A stretch of 64,000 bases of DNA, taken from the human T2T-CHM13v2.0 reference genome, Homo sapiens. A program made the position numbers and the translations under genes. The notes under the pieces are model-generated. The model worked only from the letters and a program-made list of their open reading frames with translations, was not told where the DNA came from and ran no database searches. Within the stretch, counting starts at the first letter, position 1; the number at the start of each line of letters is the position of its first letter. Where the stretch lies: the NCBI RefSeq assembly GCF_009914755.1, contig NC_060929.1; one strand, 5' to 3'. Positions 45,901 to 61,089 of this stretch are shown here, piece after piece.

Positions 45901-46109
45901 ACTATACTATCTGGGTGAGCAAAAGGTATAATTTACAAGAAACTTACAGAGCTGAAGGGATGAGAGAACTATAACCCTGCAAAGTTGTGTGAGCATCTGA
46001 GGTCCTACACAAACCAGTGGCCTAGAGAACAGGCCTCTAACCTCCCTTAGCCTGGAGTGGCCAGAGCACAAGTGGTCTCAACACATAACAGAAAGAATGG
46101 ACATTTTCT

Positions 46110-46554
<445 letters not shown>

Positions 46555-46594
46555 TTAAATCGAGAATTCATAAGCAGTCAGGAGATTTGAGATT

Positions 46595-46600
46595 TTTATT
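46595..46600 (-). terminator. Probable distal polyadenylation signal AATAAA of MTX3
   Basis: tttatt on + strand; U-rich downstream sequence on - strand (complement of gaataaataacattaaat at ~46543-46560). Confidence 0.7.
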
Positions 46601-48148
46601 GAGAAAATAGCTATTTTGACATTATATCCAGTTTCTCATTTATCAGAATAAATTCTTTACAATATTGATCACCATCACCACTTTAGTGTATTTGTACATA
46701 GTCTCTGAGTAAAATATATTCACACTCGGCAAGGCTAGAATATTGAAATTATGGCCAACATTGCTTACTTTAAGATTGTTTACTTTATAAAGAAGCTAGA
46801 GTAGTTGTGCAACTAGAACAGATGTTTTTAAAATGTTTGCCATTCAAAGATAGGCTTGGTGGGACAAAACTAATATGCATACTACATACATATATTTCTT
46901 GTCTTCTTTACTGTCAATCTTTCAGAACAGTAACATGACATTACAAACACCTCAAATTCCCACTTCAAAATGAACAGAAAAATGGAAAAACATTATTTCC
47001 CATTTCATAAAATTAAAAATCAAGTCAGAAGAGAAGTAAAACTCATTTTTATGCATTTAACTTAAAAGCTTGAATACACGACTCCTCCTAGAGAGAAGGA
47101 AGCCAGAACTTCAGAAGTAGCCAGTGGTCCAAAGAATAAATGGCCCCATGACCTTCTCTATGGTTCATGACTTACTGAGGGCTGATGCAAACTCTGGCAA
47201 GTTATTTTTCATGATTTCCAAGGATCTGGGATATGTAAACGAAATGATTAAAAGACATTTCTCTGAATTTGCAAGAAGACGACTGAAGAATCAGAACAAA
47301 GATCCAACGGCCTTTCACGTGGCTACATGTTCACCATTACACCACAACTCAAAACCCACAGGCGAGCTTTCTCTCAAATACACATTCAAAATGGTGTTCC
47401 AAATAATCCAATTGTATACATTGCAAAGACACACAAAATGCCTCCTTACACACGATTAGTAATCTGGTTTTAGACTCTGAAGTGATACCAAACATATTTA
47501 GCTAACCCTCTCAAAATTGCAGGCCTAGTGAGGTTTAAATGTTTTAGGATATAGAATCTGCTTAGAATTTAGTGAAAACTATGAACCGTAGACTGTCTTC
47601 GGTAATGAACAAAACTGGAAAATATTAAACTTCCTTTGCTTTGTCACTGAGCAACTATAAGCTTTCTATGATGTATGTATCATACTAGCTTGTATGTGAC
47701 TTTAGTGTCATAAACACCCATTGCCTTTTTGGCACTTTTAAAGTACAGCCAGAAAAGGTTTGGAAAATTGTTCTGGAAATACAAGTTGGTTCCCTCTGTC
47801 TCATGGATGCTTAGGAACTGGGTAGTCTGCTGAAACCACCAGTTCAGCAGACCCTTGTACAGCTGTTCCCGGCCAACTGGGATCCTAAGGAAACAGGCTG
47901 GAAGAGCCAGGGGCCTCCCTCACAAATGCCTAAATAACCAACATATCTATGCCGACAGCCATCCCTCTCTCAATGCCATGGTCCAAGGGAGTCTTGACCT
48001 GTCTCTTCCCATTTTACTACCACTGGCTAGAGGGGCACCCAACAACAAGAAACCTTTGTAATGAGTATGAACTAGCAAAAACACTGTAGGGCAGCATTTC
48101 CTTAGGTGTATCTCTCAGAACATAAATCCCACAAGATACCTACTTTTA

Positions 48149-48467
<319 letters not shown>

Positions 48468-50648
48468 TTAAAATAAATTAGGGAAATGATGTATAAAATA
48501 GAGGTGCTTCTTGGAGATTTAAAATGCACATTAGCGTATCAAAGGTCTGAAAGGCCAACAGTAACTCAACTTTGTCTAACCCACTATTTCCCAAACTTAC
48601 TTGGCCACAGAACCCTCTATTCTCCTAACAATATATTCTGACAAAACACTCCTTCAGGAACTGCTTCACCCAGAACCAAACAGGTGAGTTTTAAAAAATA
48701 TTATAGCATAATTTCAAATGATTAATAAGGATACAAAGAGACTTATTTTCCTGTCTTTTGTTATTTTGTCTACTTATTTTGTTCTGAATAATCTTCTATC
48801 ACATTTCCCCTTCTATTCACAAACCTTCAACTCGAGTTACCCTTTCTGATACCTTTGTTCAAGAATGTTAATTCTTATCAGAAATCCATGGCACACTAGT
48901 CTGGAAAAAAATAATTTTGTGTCTTTTTAAATTCCTAGAGTACCTCTCCACTTCAATCACAATTTAAGTCCAGGGCAGGTATCCTGGGCTCCTAGCAAAC
49001 ACTACACCCCAACAAGAGTTTGGGAGCCAAATTATTTTGCAAACCCTTAAGAACACAAACTAAAACTAATTTATCCTTATATCTCTGCAAAAATTAGCAT
49101 TTTGAACATCCAACGAAACTTCAAGTTTGAGGATAATGGGCTTACTGACCTGACCTTTGATTTCACGTAACTAACAACAAATTTCTTTAAAATCTGGTTA
49201 AGAAATATGAAAATATTGAAAAGTAAACATAAATTCCACAAAGCTGAATGGCAGCAAAAAATATTTCTTAACATCAAGAACATATACAAAAGATGATCAT
49301 TACCACCCAAATTATCTCTGTTGCTCAGGATTTCAGTTATAAAAATAGCCAAATCAAGACAAAGACAATTACAGCTTAAAACGAAAAGCTACACCTTCTT
49401 CATTAAAGGTGAGCATCTTGTCACACTGTGCATATGGAGAGAGAACAAGTACAAGGCACGGGAGAACTACCATGTCAAGGGACAGAGCTTTTTCAAAATA
49501 TTTTATCCTCAGAAGTAAACCCCACTACCATAGAAAGAAAAAAATATAATTAGATATTTTAAATCACAGCATTTTTGACTTCCTAGGGAAAAGGAGTTTT
49601 TGGTTTTAGGGTTTTTTTTTTCTTTTCTGGTAAGGCAAAATAGATCTTTAGATATCATTTGTTACAAACATGAGTTTTTCTTAAGAATGAAATAAAAATT
49701 CTATTTAACTTCTATCATATATTTATTCAACTAAGTTGAATACTATGTTTAGAAAATTAAAGTTTTAAATCATGGTTTATATATAGATAATGATACATTT
49801 AATCTATGAATTTACTTTAAAACCACTTTTATTTTGAAATACTTAAGACTCACAAGAAGTTATAAAAATAGTTCAGAGAGATCCCAGGTACCCACTGCTT
49901 AGCTTCCTTTCTTTACATGTAAGCATTTATATCTAGGTTTTAAAAGGGTTGAAGTTTTTGACAGTTGATGAAAAACTGTCAAAAAATTGTAACAAGCCTG
50001 GTAAATGCATATTTTTGGAGGAGGTTCTAAGGAAACACTACCAAGTTCAAGTACCACTTTTATCACATGCAGCTGCCTTAACCAACAGGTTTTCTAAGAT
50101 ACTATCCCCCTTACCTGTTTCTGCCTCTTTCAATGGTGTTTTTCCATTTTTACAGACTTCTGAAAATTTTAGCTTTGATTGAAATAAGCTTCCCCATTCC
50201 TTCATGTTAATATATCTAGCAATATTGAATAGAAATTATAAATGGAAATAAAAATGCTTGCTTTTATAAAATCTCCAGTCTCGCAGCACCCCCAATATAA
50301 TACAAACAAACTTAAGTTGAAATTTGGTTTGTTAATGCCCACCTTGTGTGGTCAAAACACAGTTTTGAAGGAATGACCACCTTCAATGTTCTTTACAGCT
50401 TCTTTAGTGTTACTTAAAAAAAAAAAAAAAATCAATCTGATGGATGATTGATGGTAGTTTGTTCATGGAAGATCTTCATCTTATGGGAATTATCTAGTTT
50501 TTCTAATCATATACTACCAACAAAAATAAACACAAGCATGTTCCCTTTAATCATATTATCCTCCACCATTACTTCCAAAAGGCATTGGCTCACAGTATTC
50601 TGTTTAAGATTGTGGACCATTTATCCCAATGAACTCACTCAAACTTTA

Positions 50649-51038
<390 letters not shown>

Positions 51039-51969
51039 GTTCTTTTCTAAGAGCTTCCTGTATGTGTGGCTGCTCCCTAAAGTACTTTGTGCTCAGTTAC
51101 AGCTTCCTGTCATCTCATTTACTTATACATAAATAGCTCAACTAAGTAACCCAACATATAAACTCTCACTAAACTCACATGTTGCATCTTAGAAAAGGTG
51201 ATCTGGAAGCATTATGGACTATAGTGAGAATGTAAGGCTAACAGCAGTTCAAAGTAGGGATGACACAAAAACAAATAAATCATATTGACAGTCATTCCCT
51301 CTACTAAAAAAGAATAATACTTGTTATTCTAAAATGACCTCTTTTGATTAAAATTTCAGTTCATAAAACATTACAGTATGCTTCTTTATCAAAGTCTACA
51401 TATCAGAAGAACATGAGCTCCACGTTCCTGTAAAACTTTAAACACATTTTTCTTCCTAATAGACATTAGCAGTTTTGTTGAAAAGAAAAATTGACATAAC
51501 CTAGCATTATCTTTTGACTTTGCCCATGGAGAAACTTGGAGTTAAATTTACTACTTAATTTTAGAATCTGTCAGTGTTGATATGGTTCTATAAATTTTTA
51601 ATTTTTTTAATTTAAATTTTTAAAATTTTTAATTCTTTAAAATTTAAAATTTTTAAATTGTCCTGTTTTACATGTAATATACTTGTAATATACATGTAAT
51701 GTACTTGTACGTTATAACTGTAATATATTTCAAATACTTTTTGGAGGGTCTGATATAAATCTGATATAAATTAAAAATGACTGGCCTTGACCACAGCATA
51801 AGCAGATGTCTGATGAATGTGCTAACCACCCTTCTCCAATATACATCCATCCTAGAGGACAATAAAGTCTCACAGTCATGATTTCCAATATAACATATTT
51901 AGGTTTCAGACTGCTGGAATAATAGATTTCAGATTGCTGGAATCTAATAATCTGCCTTTGAAGATGACT

Positions 51970-51996
51970 GACACACACAAACACACACACACACAC
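51970..51996. repeat. Interrupted (CA)n microsatellite in 3' UTR
   Basis: Directly visible. Confidence 0.9.
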
Positions 51997-53534
51997 CCTG
52001 TTGTAGAAGTAATGTGCAACTCATGAGGTACTTTCCCTCATCCAAACAGATGACCAAGATTTTGAAGACTACCTTATTTCTCACTTAGTTAAAACTTTCA
52101 AGAAAAAATATTTAGAATGACTTAAAGACTCTTGTATAAATAACTACCTAAATACAGAACAAATTGGGAGGATGTGGGTCAAACACAGCTGAGCTCCACT
52201 CAGCTCAAATTAGATGAGTCTTTTGACTACAAAGCTCATTTTCTTAACATATGGGTTCCTGCACGACTTGATAAGATTTGCTGAGCACCACAGTAATCTT
52301 TTAAGACACTAATCAAAAACATGGTTCTACATTTTAAAAACCTCAGAAGTAGTTTTAGGACAACAGAAGCACCTCAACCACTAAAATAAGCAAGTTTCTA
52401 TTATAAGTAAAATTACCACACAGCAAATCCCTTAACAGTTCAGCAACCAATAAATAGAAAATATTCATTAAAAGCTGCTATTTCTGATTGTTCCTTTGTA
52501 TTCTTCGACTATAAGTGAAACATATGAAAAATAATTGGTTGTCAGAAAGCTTTTGACTACATGATATGCATCTTATGAAAGAATATGCATCTTATGAAAG
52601 AATATGAGCCAAGCATAGAAAACTTGGACCAGATGCACAGTATTTCTACTACCCTGGCCATGGGCTCCTCCTGAGTAGTGTCTAACAAGTGGGCAATTTC
52701 AGTAAGAATTTTACAGCCTAGCATAGTAACGATAACCAGTACATTCACTTCTTCTGGAATTAATACAAGAAAGACAACTGAAGATGTACTACAAAGACAT
52801 AGGTCTAAAACTGCCACATTTGCCCAAGTAAACTAAAAGAACTCTTCCTAACCTATATCGAACACATCAGCAAAGACCAATGTTATACTGAAATGAGTAT
52901 TATCAGATGTTATTATATGTAACCACCTTTAATATTTATCTATGTGCTACTAAACCCCCAAAAGATTAGACTTATGAGAGCATAATTAAAAAGCACATTC
53001 CTCCTCACTTTTTAAAGTTAAATATGGTCTCTTCTACTGAAGCAATTTATCTTTTTCTGGTTCCTAAAATAGGCATCAAATTTCTAAACAGAAGTAAAAA
53101 GCCTCAGCCAAAAAGCCACATATTAGGTATTCAGCCTGGTCTAAGAAAACTAAGTTAATAAATTGAATAAATTAAATCAAATAAATTAGGAGTGCACATT
53201 CAGAACAGAATTGTAGCCTTTGGTCAGCAACATGTGAACCAAAGGCAAAAATCTGCCATGATTAAGGCAGTTCTTTGTATACAGTACGATGTGTTTTTCT
53301 TCCCCGCCCCCCCAACCAAGTTCATTTAGCATTCTCTTTGTTATTAAAAATGCAGTGCCAAGCTAGAATACAAGCTTCCTAATAATAATAGTAAAAATAG
53401 ATGGCATAGAAAGTTCCTTTTGGTTTAGAGTCTTCCTTAATACCTATTATGGTATCTTCTTTTTGCCTTCACACACTTGGTGTAAGAGATTACTGCAACA
53501 ATCGTTTGACTTTGGCCACAAACCATGACTACTC

Positions 53535-53645
53535 TCAGGGCGAAAGCCGTTGGAAGGAATTATTTTCTTCTTCTGCTGGAGTCAATTTAAGTGTTGGCAG
53601 TTTCCGAGGAGGAAGCTGAGGGCTTTGGCGAAGATTGTCATCCAT
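53535..53645 (-). CDS. MTX3: Metaxin-3 coding exon 9 ([36 protein letters not shown])
   Basis: Acceptor ctacag|ATG, TGA at 53537-53535; total CDS 81+70+77+93+183+77+158+89+111=939 nt = 312 aa + stop. Confidence 0.94.
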   Translation of the reverse strand: MDDNLRQSPQLPPRKLPTLKLTPAEEENNSFQRLSP

Positions 53646-54009
53646 CTGTAGAAAGTACAAAAGATACATCTGACTAATGCTGTGGCACCGCTTATGTGGA
53701 CTGTGGCCTCCCCATCCAAACTATAGCCTAGAAGAGTACAGAACCATATGTTTCCTGGGCTGCTAGAGAAACCTTTTTCTTACAAATAATCTCAAGAATT
53801 CTAAATGTCATACCTCAAATACCAGCTGACTCAGTTTCTGTAAAAAGCAACGTGGCTCATTCCTGATACCTTCACAGAATTATAGTTAATTCCACAAAAT
53901 AAATATTCTACTGAACTCAACCATAACTTAAAGAGGTCTTCTGATAGTAAGTATAAAAGCGGTACTGTTACACTAAGCTCCAGTTTGCAAACTATGTTCA
54001 CGTACAGTA

Positions 54010-54170
54010 TCTTATTTGATCTTCCCGATACGCTATGAAGAAAAGGCAGACACAGACCTTCTCTGTTGTACAGATGAGCAAAACGAGACTCTGTAAGGTT
54101 AAGTGATTTGCCCCACGTCACAAGCTAGTATGAGAGCTGAAACTTGAACCCAGGTCTTCTGATTCCAAAA
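54010..54170 (-). mobile_element. MIR in MTX3 intron 8
   Basis: tacagatgagcaaaacgagactctgtaaggttaagtgatttgcccc...ttgaacccaggtcttctgattccaaa. Confidence 0.75.
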
Positions 54171-54747
54171 CTATTATTCTTTCAACTATACTTCTTTACC
54201 TCAATGAAAATGACCTGTATTCCAATCAAAAAAGACCAGCTTTTTAAAACTGAGAATATGTAGACCAAAGGAAGCTAGTACATTAGGCAAAAAGAAAGAT
54301 AAATTCTTTAAATGTAATCCAGTGGTTTTCCAAACACTGGATCACTTCTAAATGAGGTAACCCACATCAAGCTCAAATAACACAGTGGTGGACCTCAAAA
54401 ACTGTTAGCCAGTGTCATCAGGCCTCATTGCCCTATGAGTTTGTAAAATAGTAAGTATTACTATTTGTATCAGGAAAAAAAAAAAAAGCAAGCTTATCAG
54501 TTACAGGGGAAAAAATATGTAACCTCTTTGTATTTTTCCTAGTAGAATCACACTTGAAATTTCCTTTGTTGGTTCTCTCCCCTACCCAGTTCCTCAATGT
54601 TTCTCTCATGAAAAGAACACCCCAAGTGGCAAAATATCTACACTGGTGAAAAAACTATAAACTATATCTAGAGCAGAGAAGAACAAGAAGGAGAAAAAAA
54701 TAAAACTTTCATGTGGAAAGAAGAAAAGAACACGGTGCTGTTAATAA

Positions 54748-55131
<384 letters not shown>

Positions 55132-55421
55132 GCTTTGTTTTTTTAAAGCAAATCTTTTGGATTTCCTAGCTTAAAGGGTACTAACTGTGTGGCAAAAGTA
55201 AACCCAATACTCTTATCTGATCTTTCCCCAATCAGGCCACTGTTGGCTTCAAAACACTATGTTACATACAACTTTAGTGAAAGTATATTTAAACAGTTTT
55301 CTGAAAAACAAACTCTATAAAAAAAACTAAAAGGGTACAGTTAATGTGTGACCCAAATGACAATATTAGCTACCGAAAGGAAAATACTGAACTATGATAA
55401 AATGATTGAAGTAGACTTGAC

Positions 55422-55510
55422 CTTTTCAATCAAGTTGGATTCCTTATTTACAAGTTGTGTGAGTTTCTGCAGATTTGCATCTACCGTTTCTTGTCCAGCT
55501 GGAGAGATGC
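55422..55510 (-). CDS. MTX3: Metaxin-3 coding exon 8 ([30 protein letters not shown])
   Basis: Acceptor cttag|GC, donor AAG|gtcaag; 89 nt; restores the frame between exons 7 and 9. Confidence 0.92.
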
Positions 55511-56800
55511 CTAAGAAGCCAGGACAGAAATCAGAGAAAGACAGGAAATTTTTAAAGCCTTTAAAGCTATTTAGATTGAAAGAATTTTGAGTCTACCCAC
55601 CCTGTCCAGTGCCCCACCCTCCCCAAAAAAGGCAAAGAGGAAAACCATTCTGGGTTTAAAGGCGAAGAGAGGGATTCGAATGCTCTAAAACTAAACCCTG
55701 AGCAAAACGGACAAAAATTTATCCACTAAGTAGACACTGCTAACCAAGTGTTCTGCAATTGGCCACAATAATTAGTTTTTTTTTTTTTTTGAAAAAAAAA
55801 GCACAGTAGTCCTCATTTCCTTCTCAAGTTTAAGCTATTCCTTTCTCACACCCATTTCAAATAGGTCTTTGGTCACAACTATCTGGATAGTTTTCTAAGG
55901 CAGTAACTCCCAAAAAGTTGCCCACCAGACATCCAAAGTATTCAGAAGAACTTAAAAATACAAATTCCTAGGATTGATGCCTAAAAGATTCTAATTTAGT
56001 AAGTCTGGAATAGGACCCAAGATTTTTTATCTGTCAAATAATCAGGTTTGCTAACCACTGCTCCCAAGTTAACACGGTTGAACATTACTTAATTTCATGA
56101 CTCCCAAACTACTAACCCCTTCCTGTATACAGAATACATAACCCACCAAAAAATAATAAACTGTCCACCTAAGCCAGCTATCTTTATAACCTGTTTCTTA
56201 AAAGGACAATTTCAGCCAACCATCCCAATAGAAATTTAGTATCTGAATCACTTAAGCACAAGGCTCCACTCTCTCAATGAAGCACATCCTAAGTAACAGG
56301 TGCCCTCTATTTACTATACTTCCATTCTGATGCAATCAGTTTTCAAGTAGTGGAATCATGGCAGTGTACCTCACCAAAATCAATCTGCTGCTGATTTCTG
56401 TTCATGCAGGAAAATGCTAGAAGCAGCAGGTAAAAATCATTTAAAGTAATTGTCCATTTGCATTAGGATAAATACTGTTTTTCAGCAAAGACTTAATACC
56501 TGTGGTTTTAACCTTTTAGAAGAAAATGACCCACTTCAAAGGGGTAATATTTAAAGAACAAGAAGAAGAAACGTAAAAATCCAGCGGAATAGATAAAAGG
56601 CAAATATCTATTTATCTATTTAAATAAGAACTAACATGAGAATAAAAATGAAGTCGGAAAAACACAAATCCTTGAAGTGCTATAAACCACTATTTAAAGA
56701 CAATACACAAACTTCTAAAATTAAAATAAGTAGTGGATTTTGCTTATACATACATAGGAGAATATGCAAACAAACATTAGCTGAAAAAGAGCCAGCTTAC

Positions 56801-56958
56801 CTCCAAGACTAAGCCTAAAATAACTGCTCAGGATGTCATCACAAAAGCGACAGAGGTTGGAGAGCTGTTTCAGATGTTCTTGTAGCTGAACTTTAGGAAA
56901 CCGTACTTTGTAAAGAGGTGCAAGAAAACCAAAAACATAGGCATCCAAGGTAGAAGGC
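56801..56958 (-). CDS. MTX3: Metaxin-3 coding exon 7 ([17 protein letters not shown]...YFRLSLG-G)
   Basis: Acceptor ttctag|G, donor G|gtaagc; 158 nt; P..LDA.VF GST-C capping motif; matches ORF 56721..56948. Confidence 0.97.
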
Positions 56959-57008
56959 CTAGAAATAAATTAAGGATTTTTAAAGCACATAAGACAATAT
57001 TAACTGAA

Positions 57009-57312
<304 letters not shown>

Positions 57313-57600
57313 TTAAATTAAGGATTTTTTTAAGCACATAAGAAAATACTAACTTGGGATGGTGTTTAATTTTTTTTTCAAAATTCTCAATTCTGAATTA
57401 CACAGTATAGTCTCTTAAAAGGTTTACTATCCATTTCAGTTTACAAAAATTATGCAACCAAGGTTTTACTCATTGAGTAGCTTAGACTCTAGGAGAAAAT
57501 GAAATTGTCTTTATAGATTCATTTTTACTCACAAATGTTAGACTGGAGGCAGAGTGGGAACAGTCTGAGATGTTTTAAATTCACATATGCAGCCTATTAA

Positions 57601-57966
<366 letters not shown>

Positions 57967-58089
57967 TAAATCTTGTTTTTTTTAAGTAAAAAACTCATCT
58001 TTTGGGGAGATAAGAGGACTTGCTTTAAATAGCTGCTCACTGAATATATGTGCACAAAATACCAAAATGATTTTTAAGGGAATACTCAC

Positions 58090-58166
58090 GTATCTCCAAA
58101 GAAAAACTGAGATGTTCCCAATCTGTTTGATAGAAGATTTAGGCACTCCTTGGCATCTCTGTATAT
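58090..58166 (-). CDS. MTX3: Metaxin-3 coding exon 6 (IYRDAKECLNLLSNRLGTSQFFFGD-T)
   Basis: Acceptor attag|ATA, donor AC|gtgagt; 77 nt; GST-C-like L..LS.RLG...FFFG motif. Confidence 0.97.
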
Positions 58167-58312
58167 CTAATAAGGATGAAATTATATCTCAAAAGTAGAA
58201 AAGATACTCTAAAACTACTTTTGAGGAAGGCATCTCTAGGTAAACTCAAGTCTGCATTTTATCTTGTCCTTTCTCTCTAGGGCCCTTGCTTGAAGAATAA
58301 TCCATACTATAC

Positions 58313-58495
58313 CTGTGCTTCCACTTCTCGGAGGTGGTAGAGGGGAGGCTGTCCTCTGGTCAGGAGAATCCTATTCAGTGCTCCCTTAGACATTCTTCCA
58401 GGCAGGATCAAACTCAAAGGAAAAGGAATTTGTGAAGCAAACCATGGCTTTGTCACAGTAAAGTAATTGTCACTCTCAACCCAGAATGTGTGAAG
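58313..58495 (-). CDS. MTX3: Metaxin-3 coding exon 5 ([11 protein letters not shown]...LREVEAQ)
   Basis: Acceptor ttgcag|CTT, donor CAG|gtatag; 183 nt; matches ORF 58307..58552. Confidence 0.97.
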
Positions 58496-59002
58496 CTGCA
58501 AAAGAAGAGAAAAAACACTACAAGGATGTTCTTTTATTAAATGAAAGATCACTCAATCAACATGAGAGTTTTTCATAAATATCTTTATATGAAGTGTCTT
58601 CATACAAATTTTCCAGTTAGAATGACTCAGGATAAAACAAGATTATTTTAAATGTGTGAGTTTTGTTGACTGCTATCTTCCAAACACCCAGAACAAGGCC
58701 TGACACATAGCAGGTGTTCAATAAACATTTGTTGAATGAATGAATTACACCCAATTCTATACATGGAGCAAAAAGATCCATCTCCCACAAAGAATTTCCA
58801 ACATGACATTTTATTTTACTTTGTTGTTTCACATACTAGTTGAATGCCTAACAGAATCCAGTTTCACAGTAATATGAAGGAATTAAGATTAACATATAAG
58901 TAAAATTTTCTCTTAAGACTTTTCTCATTGGTTTTTTTCTAAACAGACTATGTACATTTGCAACTAGGCTACTAAAATACTGTAATATTTAAGAACACTC
59001 AC

Positions 59003-59095
59003 CACTGCAGGGAGAAGCTTCTCTTCGAGGAGAGCAATATAAGCCAATGTATCTGCCCCTTGTTTTGCTGAGAGTTCATAATCAGCATTATATTT
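59003..59095 (-). CDS. MTX3: Metaxin-3 coding exon 4 ([31 protein letters not shown])
   Basis: Acceptor aatag|AAA, donor GTG|gtgagt; 93 nt; KYNADY..LS..QGADTLA is characteristic of metaxin 1/3. Confidence 0.97.
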
Positions 59096-60010
59096 CTATT
59101 AAAAAAAAATAAACCAAAGAAACTCAGAAGTCAAAGAGCAGCCCAAAGACAGTAAAACTAATCAAATCAGGATTCATATTTTTCCTTACAAATAGCAAAC
59201 GTGGTATTAAAATGGGAGAAAGAGAAATACAAATCCAGTGAAACCTATTGCTTAATGCACATAAAGTTCTTAGCACAGCATCACATACACAATATGGTCA
59301 ATAAATGTTACAATATTAACTACTATTATTTTCATGCTTGTTAATGACCTAGTTCAGTGCATGGCATGTAGTACAAACAAAGCAACTATTATTTTTAACA
59401 AGAAGGAAACAGTTCCAATTGGCTGTGTTTCTCCCCAAGACAAAAGAAAAAACCTTCCAATTTATAAAAGTTCAAAATGTTATTGACACAATTTTTTTAA
59501 GTACAGTATTGGCAAAACAAATAACTTATCCATTCATATAAATCTTTACATGTTTAAACATTTTGGATACATAATTCTCTACTGTTAAAACATTTAGATA
59601 CATTATTCCATAAAACTGCTATTAAGAGCTTTTTAAAAATAATATAGTTGCTAGTTGGTGAGAGCTCAGGTGTCATGCCCAGCACAAAATGTGTACCAAC
59701 TATGTGACAAAATACACAATCCTATCAATAAGTTTAATAGTGAAAATGGCTAATTAAATCTACTTACATACAAATTTCAATAAAATTCAAGCAAAGTTTA
59801 TTAAAATATAAACTGACTACCTCTTCATATGACTTTCAAATCACAGAACTCATGCTTTAGAGCAGTGATTCTCAAATCTATTTTTACATCTTGTCCCAGG
59901 TATCTCCAATTGTCTAATGAGTTGGCAAAAAAAAATAAATAAATAAAATAAAGCCCAACATGCAGGGATCAACAATCTACCAATCTACTTCTTCAAAGTG
60001 AACCACCCAC

Positions 60011-60087
60011 CTGTTTTCTTAAAAAGTTTAGTATTTTTGCTGGCTGAGAAACCATGTCGTCTTCAGTTGTCAAAATTGGTACATCGC
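60011..60087 (-). CDS. MTX3: Metaxin-3 coding exon 3 ([26 protein letters not shown])
   Basis: Acceptor ttatag|GC, donor CAG|gtgggt; 77 nt; matches part of ORF 59993..60226. Confidence 0.96.
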
Positions 60088-60444
60088 CTATAATCAAAAA
60101 ACAGTTTACATACAAGGACACAGTGTGATTTCCTCTGAGAGATTCCAATATCCTAAAAACTATAGCAGTTGCACATTTAGAGGGGAAAAAATGAGTAAGC
60201 TTGTCTTGGTTTTTTTGCTGTTTCACAAAGAGCGGTTCTAAAGAACATTTTCGTTTCTCATAATTTCCAGTGATTTCGCTTGCACTTTGAGGTATTACTC
60301 AGAATGATCAAACCATAAACAACACAGAGCCAAGGTCACGGTAAGAAACTAAATCCTCAATATTATAGCTATATACCTCACAGCTTTAAATGGAAGAAGA
60401 AAAAAAAGAGTGCAGAAAGGGGAGTGTAAAGGTTTACACTATAC

Positions 60445-60514
60445 CTCTTGAACCTCTCCAGGTGTTATCTATCACATTGACTTTCAAGGGTGCACCAGAA
60501 AATTTGGCATAAGC
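60445..60514 (-). CDS. MTX3: Metaxin-3 coding exon 2 ([24 protein letters not shown])
   Basis: Acceptor tttcag|GCT, donor AG|gtatag; 70 nt; frame continuous with exons 1 and 3. Confidence 0.96.
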
Positions 60515-61008
60515 CTGAAACAGAGTTTGCAATCAAACATTTTAGACCAAGTGCGTAATGCAAAGCTGCAGAGCAGCTTTACTTCACAGCCCCATCCCCC
60601 AAAGGCAGAAGGCGACTGATACTGAGGCCGCATCCCTCCCCGTGATCTCAAGTAGGGACGCGGGCGCCAGCCACCCGGCTTTCGAGGACTTTGCTCCCCA
60701 AAAGGTCCTGGGGATGCAGAGTAGGGAGGGCGCGCCCCTTGCTTCGGGGTTTCACTCCACCGCCCAGACAGCTTTGTGAGGCGGACAAAACTCGGAGCCA
60801 AGCGGAGAAGCCTTGATGTCGCCGCCGGCCTTCGGCGGGGGTATCGGCCAGGTTGGGACTCGTCGGTGGGAGGGAGCCCAGGGCAATGCAGCGTGCAGCG
60901 GCTCGGCCCTCCTGGACCCCGCAGCGCAGCGGGAAACTGGGGCAAGTCAGCCTGGCGCCTCCAGCCCCGCCCCTTCCTCCTGCGCCCTGGCCCGCGAGGC
61001 GGCCTCAC

Positions 61009-61089
61009 CATCACCACCAGGGACTCGCTGTGAACCGATGGGAGTCCCCAGCCGCCTCCCCAGCAACTGAGTTCCAAGGGGGCCGCCAT
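61009..61089 (-). CDS. MTX3: Metaxin-3 coding exon 1 ([27 protein letters not shown])
   Basis: ATG in strong context (AAGATGG) at 61089; 81 nt; donor ATG|GTGAG; metaxin N-terminal motif (WGLPS) recognised. Confidence 0.97.

Noticed and set aside
47124-47459. 111-aa plus-strand ORF antisense to the 3' UTR
   Set aside because: Non-ATG start, no recognisable domain, length within chance expectation
52352-52400. gttttag...taaaataagcaagtttcta resembling a Cas9 repeat/tracrRNA scaffold
   Set aside because: Only short AT-rich words in the wrong order; no array or cas genes; human 3' UTR context
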